A stretch of DNA of 49,396 nt from an uncultured Rubrivivax sp. (GTDB taxonomy: Bacteria; Pseudomonadota; Gammaproteobacteria; Burkholderiales; Burkholderiaceae_C). A program made the position numbers and the translations under genes. Below are positions 32,083 through 41,362 of the stretch, piece after piece. Below the pieces are notes generated by a model. The model worked only from the letters and a program-made list of their open reading frames with translations. It did not search any database and was not told the origin of the DNA. How positions within the stretch are numbered: position 1 is the stretch's first letter; each line of letters begins with the position of its first letter. The stretch lies in contig CALJUI010000063.1 in assembly GCA_937975735.1 (NCBI GenBank), positions 1 to 49,396 of the forward strand, written 5' to 3'.

Positions 32083-33650
32083 GCGATCCTGCCCGAACCT
32101 CGGCGCCGGCGGTGCATGGCGGCCTGATCGCCGTCATGGCCAGCGTGCTTTTGGTCGCGATCGGCGCACGCTGGCTGGCCTACACCGGCTTCTTCGGTTC
32201 CGACGAGGTCACCTACATCGCCAGCGCAAACCGCGTGCTGGACGGCGACTGGGCGCTGGACGACTACGTCGGCGCCAACCGGCTGGGCGTCAACCTGCCG
32301 ATGGCGGCCCTGGCCGCCCTGTTCGGCCGTGGCGAGCTGGGTGCGGCGCTGTACTCGCTGCTGAGTTCGGTCGGCGAGGTGCTGCTCGTCGCCTGGCTCG
32401 GCGCACGACTGTTCGGCTTGCGTGCCGGCCTGATCGCCGGCCTGTTGCTCGCCACGCTGCCCACGCACGTGCACTTCGCCGGCCGCATCATGGCCGACGC
32501 GCCGCTGTCGCTGTTCATCACGGCCGCCTTCGTGGCCTTCGTCGAGGGCGAATGGCGCCGTTCCCGGGCACTGACGGCGCTGGCGGGCGTGCTGGCCGGC
32601 CTGACCTTCCTGATCAAGCCGGTGACCATCATCGTCTTCGCCATCCTGCTGTTCTATCCGCTGGTGGTCCGGCGCTGGGACCACCGGTGGTGGTGGATGG
32701 TGGTCGGCTTCGTCGGCGCGATGGTCTTCAACGGGCTGCTCTACATGGCTTTCACCGGCCGCTTCTGGTATGTCTTCGAGAGCGTCATCGAGCGCCGCCA
32801 GAGCGGCTACCTCGAAGCCGGCGTCGCTGCCGGCGAGATCCACAACGAGCCGGCCTTCTACCTGCGCTACCTGTTCGGGCGCGTGTATCACACCGGGCTG
32901 CTGGGCTACCTGGCGCTGCTCGGGGCGGTGGTGCTGGTGTGGCGACGTGGGTCGGAGTGGCCGGCCAGCCGCTTCGTGCTGTTCTGGGCTATCGGCACGA
33001 TGCTGCTGTTCTCGCTGCTGCCGGTGTCGCTCGACCCGCTGCTGCTGATCCCGAAGCAGACGAACTACATGCTGATCTTCGTCGCGCCCCTGTGCCTGCT
33101 GGCCGGTGCCGGCCTGGCGCGATGGCCCGGCTCGGCGTCGTTGACGCTCACCGCTGCGGCGATGGGCGTCGGCCTGGTCTTCGCGCTGATGCTGCAGGCG
33201 TCGGTGGCAGCCTTCACCGCCAACAGCCAACGCATCCTGGCCGAGCTCAGCGAGCGTCCGCAGACGACGTTGCACGTGATGTCCAACGCCTATCGCGCCG
33301 CCAGCTTCCGAGCCCTGGTGGGCGGCCCCGACCTTCGTGCGCGGGTCGTCGCACTGGGCGCGGCGCCGCCGACTCCTCAGCCCTTCGAGCGGTGGGTCGT
33401 TATCGACCCGGAGACCTTCGACTGGGACGACTCGGCCCCGCTGGCGCGCTGGAACGATCCGCCGGCGTGCTGGCAGTTGGAGGAAACCTGGGCGGCGCAG
33501 CCTTCGAGCACCGGCACGACGCTCGTGCGCGCGTTCCATCGCCTGGCCGGCAGCCTGCCCGGATCGCTCGCTGTGCGAGTGCGATCGCGGCTGCAGGCGC
33601 TGATCGCGCCCCGGCCGGCCCGGCTGTACAGGGTGCCGGCGGGCTGCTGA
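32079..33650 (+). CDS. GT-C membrane glycosyltransferase (ArnT/PMT-like)
   Basis: GTGA-coupled start; first-loop SDE..Y acidic motif; more than 10 TM segments; L.FLIK; short soluble C-terminal domain. Confidence 0.75.
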   Translation: MSDPARTSAPAVHGGLIAVMASVLLVAIGARWLAYTGFFGSDEVTYIASANRVLDGDWALDDYVGANRLGVNLPMAALAALFGRGELGAALYSLLSSVGEVLLVAWLGARLFGLRAGLIAGLLLATLPTHVHFAGRIMADAPLSLFITAAFVAFVEGEWRRSRALTALAGVLAGLTFLIKPVTIIVFAILLFYPLVVRRWDHRWWWMVVGFVGAMVFNGLLYMAFTGRFWYVFESVIERRQSGYLEAGVAAGEIHNEPAFYLRYLFGRVYHTGLLGYLALLGAVVLVWRRGSEWPASRFVLFWAIGTMLLFSLLPVSLDPLLLIPKQTNYMLIFVAPLCLLAGAGLARWPGSASLTLTAAAMGVGLVFALMLQASVAAFTANSQRILAELSERPQTTLHVMSNAYRAASFRALVGGPDLRARVVALGAAPPTPQPFERWVVIDPETFDWDDSAPLARWNDPPACWQLEETWAAQPSSTGTTLVRAFHRLAGSLPGSLAVRVRSRLQALIAPRPARLYRVPAGC

Positions 33651-33653
33651 TCG

Positions 33654-34805
33654 ATGCCGCCGCTCGTCCTGCATGTCCTCTACCGCTTCGCCACCGGCGG
33701 GCTCGAGAACGGTGTCGTCAACCTCATCAATCACATGCCGGCGGACGCCTACCGCCACGCGGTCCTGGCGGTCGACCGCGTCGACCCGGACTTCGCCTCG
33801 CGGCTGACCCGCAGCGACGTCGCGCTGCATGCGTTGAACAAGCCGCCGGGGCACGCGCTGCGCCTGTATCCGCAGGTCTGGCGGCTGATGCGCGAGCTGA
33901 AGCCGGCGATCGTCCACACGCGCAACCTGGCGGCGCTCGAACTGCAGCTGCCGGCCATGCTGGCCGGCGTGCCGGTGCGCATCCATGGCGAGCACGGCCG
34001 CGATGTCGAGGACCTCGACGGCAACGACCGCAAGCTCCAGCGCCTGCGCCGGCTGTACTCGGGCATGGTGCACCACTACATCACCGTCTCGCGCGATCTG
34101 CGCGACTACCTCGAACAACGCGTGGGCATCGCCGGCAGGCGCATCACCCAGGTGATCAACGGCGTCGACACCGACCGCTTCGCGCCGGCCGCCGGCGGTC
34201 CGGTTGCGCCGCCGGGCTGCCCGTTCGATCCGGCGCGCCACTGGATCGTCGGCACCGTCGGGCGGCTGCAGGCGGTGAAGAACCAGGGCCTGCTGCTGCA
34301 GGCCTTCGCGCGCGCGATGGACATCCACCCGTCGATGCGCGGCGATGCCCGGCTGGCCCTCGTCGGCGGCGGCCCGCTGCAGGCCGAGCTGACGGCCCGG
34401 ATTGCCGATGCCGGCATCGGCGACTCGGTCTGGCTGCCCGGCGAGCGCAACGACGTGGCCGAGGTGCTGCGCGGCCTGCACGTCTTCGCGCTGCCGTCGC
34501 TGGCTGAAGGCATCTCCAACACCGTGCTCGAGGCGATGGCCAGCGGCCTGCCGGTGCTGGCCACCGCGGTCGGCGGCAACACCGAACTGGTGCAACCTGG
34601 GCAGACCGGCCTGCTGGTGCCCAGCGCGGACGTCGAGGCGATGGCGCAGGGCCTCGTGACGATGTACCGGCAGCGCGGCGCGGCCGCCGACTGGGGTGCG
34701 CAGGCGCGCCGCGCGGCCGAGGTCGATTTCAGCTTGCAGGCCATGGTGGCGCGCTACCGTCGCGTCTACGACGAGCAACTCGCCCGCCGCGGGCGCCAGC
34801 GATGA
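33654..34805 (+). CDS. GT4 glycosyltransferase, PEP-CTERM/XrtA-associated (TIGR03088-like)
   Basis: GGLENGVVNLIN, VHTRNLAALE, HGEHGRD, EGISNTVLEAMASG. Confidence 0.9.
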   Translation: MPPLVLHVLYRFATGGLENGVVNLINHMPADAYRHAVLAVDRVDPDFASRLTRSDVALHALNKPPGHALRLYPQVWRLMRELKPAIVHTRNLAALELQLPAMLAGVPVRIHGEHGRDVEDLDGNDRKLQRLRRLYSGMVHHYITVSRDLRDYLEQRVGIAGRRITQVINGVDTDRFAPAAGGPVAPPGCPFDPARHWIVGTVGRLQAVKNQGLLLQAFARAMDIHPSMRGDARLALVGGGPLQAELTARIADAGIGDSVWLPGERNDVAEVLRGLHVFALPSLAEGISNTVLEAMASGLPVLATAVGGNTELVQPGQTGLLVPSADVEAMAQGLVTMYRQRGAAADWGAQARRAAEVDFSLQAMVARYRRVYDEQLARRGRQR

Positions 34806-34994
34806 GCCCCCCGAGCCTTGGGGGTTGCGCGACCGGGGGCGTGGCGGATGTCATGCGATGTGCCGTTTCGCCCCTGAACGGGGCCGGTTGAAGGGGGGGC
34901 TCGCGTAACATCGGCCGTCTACCGCGGTTGCGGCGGCTTCGGCCTTCGTGGTGCATCCCGCGCGCCCCGCAGGACGACTCAACACCCGACCACC

Positions 34995-36938
34995 ATGTGC
35001 GGCATCACCGGCATCTTCGACACCCGCCACGGCAGTCCCGTGGACCGCGGCGCGCTGATGCGCATGAACGACTCGCAGCACCATCGCGGCCCGGACGAAG
35101 GCAGCGTGCACGTGGAATCGGGACTGGGCTTCGGCCACCGGCGGCTGTCGATCATCGACGTCGCCACCGGCCAGCAGCCGCTGTTCAACGAGGACGGCAC
35201 CGTCTGCATCGTCTTCAACGGCGAGATCTACAACTTCCAGGAGCTCGTCCCCGAACTGGAGGCGCTGGGCCACCGCTTCCATACGAAGAGCGACACCGAG
35301 GTGATCGTGCACGCCTGGGAGGCCTGGGGCGAGGACTGCGTGCTGCGCCTGCGCGGCATGTTCGCCTTCGCGCTGTGGGACCGCAACCGCCAGACCCTGT
35401 TCATGGCGCGCGACCGGCTCGGCGTCAAGCCGCTGTTCTACGCGCTGCTCGACGACGGCACGCTGCTGTTCGGCTCCGAGCTGAAGTCGCTGCTGGTGCA
35501 CGGCGGCCTGAAGCGCGAGCTCGACCCGCTGGCGGTGGAGGAGTACTTCGCGCTCGGCTACGTCGCCGAGCCGCGAACGATCTTCAAGCAGGCGAAGAAG
35601 CTCTCCCCCGGCCACCTGCTGAGCTGGCGCCGCGGCGCTGCCGAGCCCACGCCGCGGGCCTACTGGGACATCCATTTCACCGGCGACAACCCGATCGGCC
35701 TGGACGACGCCTGCGACGAGCTGCGCGCGCGGCTGGACGAGTCGGTGCGGCTGCGTCTGATCTCCGAGGTGCCGCTGGGCGCCTTCCTGTCCGGCGGCGT
35801 CGACAGCTCGGCGGTGGTCGCCACGATGGCCGGCCTGTCCAAGGACCCGGTGCGCACCTGCTCGATCGGCTTCGACGACCCGAAGTTCAACGAGTCGGCG
35901 TTCGCGCAGATGGTCGCCGACCGCTACCGCACCGACCACCACCTGGAAGTCGTGCAGAGCGACGACTTCGACCTGATCGACACGCTCGCCCACCTGTACG
36001 ACGAGCCCTACGCCGACAGCTCGGCGATCCCCACCTACCGCGTCTGCCAGCTTGCGCGCCAGCGCGTCACGGTGGCGCTGTCGGGCGACGGCGGCGACGA
36101 GTCCTTCGGCGGCTACCGCCGCTACCGCATGCACCTGATGGAGGAGCGCATGCGCAGCGCGCTGCCGGAAGGCCTGCGGCGGCCGCTGTTCGGCACCCTC
36201 GGGCGCCTGTATCCGAAGGCCGATTGGGCGCCGCGCATGTTCCGCGCCAAGACCACCTTCGAGGGGATGGCCCGGACCTCGGTCGAGGCCTACTTTCACT
36301 CGATGTCGATCTTCCGCGGTCCGATGCGCACGCAGCTGTTCAGTGCCGCGCTGAAGCGCGAACTCGGCGGCTACGACGCGATGGACGTGTTCGACCGCCA
36401 CGCCGCGAATGCGCAGACCGCCGACCCGCTCGCGCTGATCCAGTACATGGACATGAAGACCTACCTGGTCGGCGACATCAACACCAAGGTCGACCGGGCC
36501 AGCATGGCGCACTCGCTCGAGGTGCGCGAGCCGCTGATGGACCACCCGCTGCTCGAATGGCTGGCGACGCTGCCGATGAACCTGCGCGTGCGCGGGCAGG
36601 AAGGCAAGTTCCTGCTGAAGAAGGCGATGGAGCCGAAGCTGCCTACCGACGTGCTGTACCGCCCGAAGATGGGCTTCGCGGTGCCGCTGGCGCGCTGGTT
36701 CCGCGGCCCGCTGCGCGAGCGCGTGCGCGAGTCGATCCTCGGCGAGCGGCTGCAGGCCACCGGCTGGTTTAACCGCGACTACCTGCAGCACCTCGTCGAC
36801 GCGCATCACAACGGCAGCCGCGACTACAGCGCGCCGCTGTGGACATTGCTGATGTTCGAGGCCTTCCTGCGCCAGGGCGTCGAGCAGCGCACGATGCCGA
36901 GCGCCGCGCGGCCGACCGTCGCGGAGGCGACGAGCTGA
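34995..36938 (+). CDS. XrtA/PEP-CTERM system amidotransferase (asparagine synthase family)
   Basis: MCGI (Ntn Cys2), HRGPD, GHRRLSIID, NGEIYN, LSGGVDSS, SGDGGDE, DRASMAHSLEVR.P. Confidence 0.93.
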   Translation: MCGITGIFDTRHGSPVDRGALMRMNDSQHHRGPDEGSVHVESGLGFGHRRLSIIDVATGQQPLFNEDGTVCIVFNGEIYNFQELVPELEALGHRFHTKSDTEVIVHAWEAWGEDCVLRLRGMFAFALWDRNRQTLFMARDRLGVKPLFYALLDDGTLLFGSELKSLLVHGGLKRELDPLAVEEYFALGYVAEPRTIFKQAKKLSPGHLLSWRRGAAEPTPRAYWDIHFTGDNPIGLDDACDELRARLDESVRLRLISEVPLGAFLSGGVDSSAVVATMAGLSKDPVRTCSIGFDDPKFNESAFAQMVADRYRTDHHLEVVQSDDFDLIDTLAHLYDEPYADSSAIPTYRVCQLARQRVTVALSGDGGDESFGGYRRYRMHLMEERMRSALPEGLRRPLFGTLGRLYPKADWAPRMFRAKTTFEGMARTSVEAYFHSMSIFRGPMRTQLFSAALKRELGGYDAMDVFDRHAANAQTADPLALIQYMDMKTYLVGDINTKVDRASMAHSLEVREPLMDHPLLEWLATLPMNLRVRGQEGKFLLKKAMEPKLPTDVLYRPKMGFAVPLARWFRGPLRERVRESILGERLQATGWFNRDYLQHLVDAHHNGSRDYSAPLWTLLMFEAFLRQGVEQRTMPSAARPTVAEATS

Positions 36939-38155
36939 TGCGCGTGCTTCACGTCCTCGACCACTCGATCCCGCTGCACAGCGGCTACACCTTCCGCACG
37001 CTGGCGATCCTGCGCGAGCAGCGGCGGTTGGGCTGGGAGACCTTGCACCTGACCACGCCCAAGCAGGGCCCGGGCGACGCCCGCGAGGAATCGGTCGAAG
37101 GCCTGCGCTTCCACCGCACGCCGAGTCGCCCCGGCACCGGCCTGTGGGCGCAGATGAGGCTGACCGCGGCCCGCCTGCGCGAGCTGGTCGACGCCGAGCG
37201 CCCCGACCTGATCCACGCCCATTCGCCGGTGCTCAACGCGCTGCCGGCGCTGTGGGTGCGTCGCCAGCGCCGCGTGCCGGTGGTCTACGAGATGCGCGCG
37301 TCGTGGGAGGACGCCGCGGTCGACCACGGCACCACGCGCGAAGGCAGCCTGCGCTACCGGCTGTCGCGTGCGGTCGAGGGCTTCGCGCTGCGCCGCGCCG
37401 ACCAGGTGACGACGATCTGCGAGGGCCTGCGCGGCGACATCGCCACGCGCGGCATCCCGGCCGAACGCATCACTGTGATCCCGAACGCGGTCGACGTCAG
37501 CAGCTTCCGCTTCGGCGTGCCGGCCGACCCGGCATTGCAGGCGCGGCTGGGCCTGGCCGGCCGCACCGTGATCGGCTTCGCCGGTTCGTTCTACGGCTAC
37601 GAGGGCCTGCACCTGCTGGTCGAGGCACTGCGCACGATGCGCCCGCGCCACCCGGACCTGCGCCTGCTGCTGGTCGGCGGCGGGCCCCAGGAGGCGGCGC
37701 TGAAGGCGCAGGTCGCCGAGGCCGGACTCGGTGACGCGGTGATCTTCACCGGCCGCGTGCCGCACGATGAGGTGCAGCGCTACTACGAGCTGATCGACGT
37801 GCTGGCCTACCCGCGTCTGCCGATCCGCCTGACCGACCTCGTCACGCCACTGAAGCCCCTGGAGGCGATGGCCCAGGGACGCATCCTGGTCGCCAGCGAC
37901 GTCGGCGGCCACCGCGAGCTGATCCGCCACGGCGAGACCGGATTTCTCTGCCCGGCCGGCGACCCCGCCGCGCTGGCGGCGGCGCTGGAGGACGTGCTGG
38001 CCCACCGCGAGCGCTGGCCGCAGGTTCGCGACGACGCGCGCCGCTTCGTCGAGACCGAGCGCACCTGGGCGCTGAGCGTGGCCCGCTACGCCGACGTCTA
38101 CCGGCGCGCGCTGTCGCACCGCGGCCGGCCGCTGCCGGCGGCGCTGGGCGCCTGA
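36938..38155 (+). CDS. GT4 glycosyltransferase, PEP-CTERM/XrtA-associated (TIGR04063-like)
   Basis: TGATG-coupled start; LHVLDHSIPLHSGY.FRT, HAHSPVLN, VTPLKPLEAMA. Confidence 0.9.
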   Translation: MRVLHVLDHSIPLHSGYTFRTLAILREQRRLGWETLHLTTPKQGPGDAREESVEGLRFHRTPSRPGTGLWAQMRLTAARLRELVDAERPDLIHAHSPVLNALPALWVRRQRRVPVVYEMRASWEDAAVDHGTTREGSLRYRLSRAVEGFALRRADQVTTICEGLRGDIATRGIPAERITVIPNAVDVSSFRFGVPADPALQARLGLAGRTVIGFAGSFYGYEGLHLLVEALRTMRPRHPDLRLLLVGGGPQEAALKAQVAEAGLGDAVIFTGRVPHDEVQRYYELIDVLAYPRLPIRLTDLVTPLKPLEAMAQGRILVASDVGGHRELIRHGETGFLCPAGDPAALAAALEDVLAHRERWPQVRDDARRFVETERTWALSVARYADVYRRALSHRGRPLPAALGA

Positions 38156-38168
38156 GGAGGCCCTCGTC

Positions 38169-40133
38169 ATGTGCGGCATCCATGGCCTGATCCAGCTCGA
38201 CGGACGCGCGGTCGAGCCGCGCTGGCTCAGCGCGATGGGCGACGTCACCGCCCACCGCGGGCCGGACGACGAGGGTCAGCACATCGACGGCGACTGCGGC
38301 ATCGCGATGCGGCGGCTGTCGATCATCGACCTCGCCGGCGGCCACCAGCCGATCGCCAACGCCGACGGCTCGCTGGTCATCGTCTGCAACGGCGAGATCT
38401 ACAACTACCGCGAGCTGCGCGATCAGCTGCGCGCACTCGGCCATGTCTTCAAGACCGGGTCGGACAGCGAGGTGCTGCTGCACGGCTACGCCGCCTGGGG
38501 CGACGAGGTGGTGCAGCGCCTGAACGGCATGTTCGACTTCGCCCTGTGGGACGCGCGCCGCCGCCGCCTGCTGATCGGCCGCGACCGGCTCGGCGTCAAG
38601 CCGCTGTACGTGCTGCAGGACGGCCGGCGCCTGGCCTTCGCCACCGAGGCCAAGGCACTGCTGCAGCTGCCCGGCGTGCGCACCGCGCTCGACCGCCGCG
38701 TGCTGGCCGACTACCTGCACCTGGGCTACGTGCCGGCGCCGATGTGCATCTTCGAAGGCATCCGCAAGCTGCCGCCCGCGACGCTGCTGGCGGTCGAAGG
38801 CGGGCAGGTGCGCGAGTGGCGCTACTGGCGCATGCCGGACCGGGTCGACCGGGCGGTCACCGAGGCCGACTGGGTCGAGCGCATCCGCACCGGCATCGAC
38901 GAGGCGGTGCACCGGCAGATGGTGTCGGACGTGCCGATCGGCGCCTTCCTGTCCGGCGGCGTCGACTCCAGTGCCGTCGTCGCGGCGATGGCGCGCCACA
39001 GCGACCGGCCGATCCGCACCTACGCGATCGGCTTCGAGGGCGGCCCGGCCGAGCGCCTGTACAACGAGCTGCCGTACGCGCGCCGCGTCGCCGAGCTCTT
39101 CAAGACCGAGCACCATCAGATCGTCGTCAAGCCCGACGTCGTCGGCCTGCTGCCCAAGCTGCTTTGGCACATGGACGAGCCGATCGCCGACTCAGCCTTC
39201 ATCACCACCTACCTGGTCAGCGAGTTCGCGCGGCGCGACGTGAAGGTCATCCTGTCCGGCGTCGGCGGCGACGAGCTGTTCGGCGGCTACCGCCGCTACC
39301 TCGGCGCGCACTACGCCAGCCGCTTCAACGCATTGCCCGGCTGGGCGCGCAGGCTGGCCAGCGCCACCGCGGCGCGGCTGCCGGCCGACCGGCATCACAA
39401 GTGGCTCAACGTCGCCCGCCTGGCCAAGGGCTTCATCGCCAGCGCCGAGATGGACGGCGACGCACGCTACCGCAGCTACCTGCAGGTGCTGTCGCGTGAG
39501 GCCTCGGCCGCGCTGCTGCTGCAGCGGCCTGGCGACGGCGCCGACCGTCTGGCCGATGCCTTCGCCGCCGCCGGCCGCGACGACGAGCTGAACCGCCTGT
39601 TCGCGGTCGACGCCGAAACGCAGCTGCCCGACGACCTGCTGCTGCTGACCGACAAGATGAGCATGGCGGTGTCGCTCGAGTGCCGCGTCCCGCTGCTCGA
39701 CCACGAGCTGGTCGAGCTGGCGGCGTCGATCCCCGGCGAACTCAAGGCCAAGGGCGGGCGGCTGAAGCACCTGATGAAGGCCGCACTCGCCGACCAGCTG
39801 CCCGACGACATCCTGCACCGCGCCAAGCGCGGCTTCGGCACGCCGATGGGCGCGTGGATGAAGGCCGAGCTGCTCGGCGTCGTGCGCGCGCTGCTGTCGC
39901 GCGACACGATCATTGCGCGAGGACTGTTCGATGCCGACTCCGTGGGGGGTCTGCTCGTCGACCACGAGGCGCAGCGTGCCGACCACACCGATGCGTTGCT
40001 GGCGCTGCTCAACCTCGAGGTCTGGAGCCGCATTCATCTCGATGGTCGCGACAGCGCCGACGTCGCCGACGAACTGCACCGGCTGGCCGGCCAACGATCG
40101 GCACCCGCAGCGCGCGAGGCAGTGCCCGCATGA
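38169..40133 (+). CDS. asnB: Second asparagine-synthase-family glutamine amidotransferase
   Basis: GAGG RBS; MCGI, HRGPDD, RRLSIID, NGEIYN, LSGGVDSS, SGVGGDELFGGY, DKMSMAVSLECR.P. Confidence 0.9.
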   Translation: MCGIHGLIQLDGRAVEPRWLSAMGDVTAHRGPDDEGQHIDGDCGIAMRRLSIIDLAGGHQPIANADGSLVIVCNGEIYNYRELRDQLRALGHVFKTGSDSEVLLHGYAAWGDEVVQRLNGMFDFALWDARRRRLLIGRDRLGVKPLYVLQDGRRLAFATEAKALLQLPGVRTALDRRVLADYLHLGYVPAPMCIFEGIRKLPPATLLAVEGGQVREWRYWRMPDRVDRAVTEADWVERIRTGIDEAVHRQMVSDVPIGAFLSGGVDSSAVVAAMARHSDRPIRTYAIGFEGGPAERLYNELPYARRVAELFKTEHHQIVVKPDVVGLLPKLLWHMDEPIADSAFITTYLVSEFARRDVKVILSGVGGDELFGGYRRYLGAHYASRFNALPGWARRLASATAARLPADRHHKWLNVARLAKGFIASAEMDGDARYRSYLQVLSREASAALLLQRPGDGADRLADAFAAAGRDDELNRLFAVDAETQLPDDLLLLTDKMSMAVSLECRVPLLDHELVELAASIPGELKAKGGRLKHLMKAALADQLPDDILHRAKRGFGTPMGAWMKAELLGVVRALLSRDTIIARGLFDADSVGGLLVDHEAQRADHTDALLALLNLEVWSRIHLDGRDSADVADELHRLAGQRSAPAAREAVPA

Positions 40134-41362
40134 ACATTCTCTACCTCTGCCACCGCTTCCCGTTTCCGCCCAAGCGGGGCGGCAAGATCCGCCCGTTCAA
40201 CATGATCCGCCACCTGCACGGGCAGGGGCACAAGGTCACGGTCTGTTCGCTGGCGCGAACGACGTCGGAAGCCGAGGAAGGGCAGGGCATCGCGCCCCAC
40301 TGCACCGCCTTCCACGCCGCCGTGGTCAGTGAACCGTTGCAGTGGGCGCGCATGATCCTGCGGCTGCCGCTGACCACGCCGTCGTCGATGGGCTACTTCT
40401 ACAGCGCCGAGATGGCCGCCACCGTTCGCCGGCTGCTCGCCGAGCAGCGGTGGGACCTGATCTTCGTGCACTGCTCGTCGGTGGCGCCCTACGTCGCGCA
40501 CGTCAGGGACGTGCCCAAGATCCTGGACTTCGGCGACATGGACTCGCAGAAGTGGCTCGAGTACGCGAACTACAAGCCCTTCCCGCTGTCGCTCGGCTAC
40601 CGCCTCGAGGGCTGGAAGATGCTGCGCGCCGAGAAGCGGCTGGCGCGGCATTTCGACCTGTGCACCGCGACCACCCGCGCCGAGTGGCAGACGCTGGAGG
40701 ACTACCGCACCGGCGCCGCCACCGACTGGTTCCCGAACGGCGTCGACGCGGACTTCTTCTGTCCCACCGACGGCGCCTACGACGCGGATACCGTCAGCTT
40801 CATCGGCCGCATGGACTATTACCCGAACCAGGAGTGCATGCAGCGCTTCTGCGACCAGGTCTGGCCACGGCTGCGCGCGCAGCGGCCGTCGATGAAGCTG
40901 CTCATCGTCGGCGCCGACCCCTCGCCGGCGATGCGGGCGCTCGGCGATCGCCCCGGCGTCACCGTCACCGGCAGCGTGTCGGACGTGCGGCCCTACATCC
41001 GCGGCTCGGCGGTGATGGTCGCGCCGCTGGCCATCGCGCGCGGCACGCAGAACAAAATCCTCGAAGCGATGGCGATGGGTGTGCCGGTGGTCACCAGCCG
41101 CGTCGCCGCCGGCGGCGTCGACGCGGTCGCCGGCGAGCACCTGCTCGTCGCCGACGAACCCGAGGCGATCGCCGACGCGATCCTGCGGCTCACCGGTGAC
41201 GCCGCCGAGCGCGCCCGCCTGGCCGCCGCCGGCCGCGCGCGCATGATCAGCCACCACGCCTGGCCGCGCTCGATGCAGCGCCTGGACGGCATCATCGAGC
41301 GCTGCCTGCGCGACGTCGCCGGCGCCTCGCCCTCCTCACGTCCCGCTCGGAATCCTGCATGA
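40130..41362 (+). CDS. GT4 glycosyltransferase, PEP-CTERM/XrtA-associated (TIGR03087-like)
   Basis: LCHRFPFPP..GGKIR, D..DMDSQKW, GRMDYYPN, ARGTQNKILEAMAMG. Confidence 0.9.
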   Translation: MNILYLCHRFPFPPKRGGKIRPFNMIRHLHGQGHKVTVCSLARTTSEAEEGQGIAPHCTAFHAAVVSEPLQWARMILRLPLTTPSSMGYFYSAEMAATVRRLLAEQRWDLIFVHCSSVAPYVAHVRDVPKILDFGDMDSQKWLEYANYKPFPLSLGYRLEGWKMLRAEKRLARHFDLCTATTRAEWQTLEDYRTGAATDWFPNGVDADFFCPTDGAYDADTVSFIGRMDYYPNQECMQRFCDQVWPRLRAQRPSMKLLIVGADPSPAMRALGDRPGVTVTGSVSDVRPYIRGSAVMVAPLAIARGTQNKILEAMAMGVPVVTSRVAAGGVDAVAGEHLLVADEPEAIADAILRLTGDAAERARLAAAGRARMISHHAWPRSMQRLDGIIERCLRDVAGASPSSRPARNPA

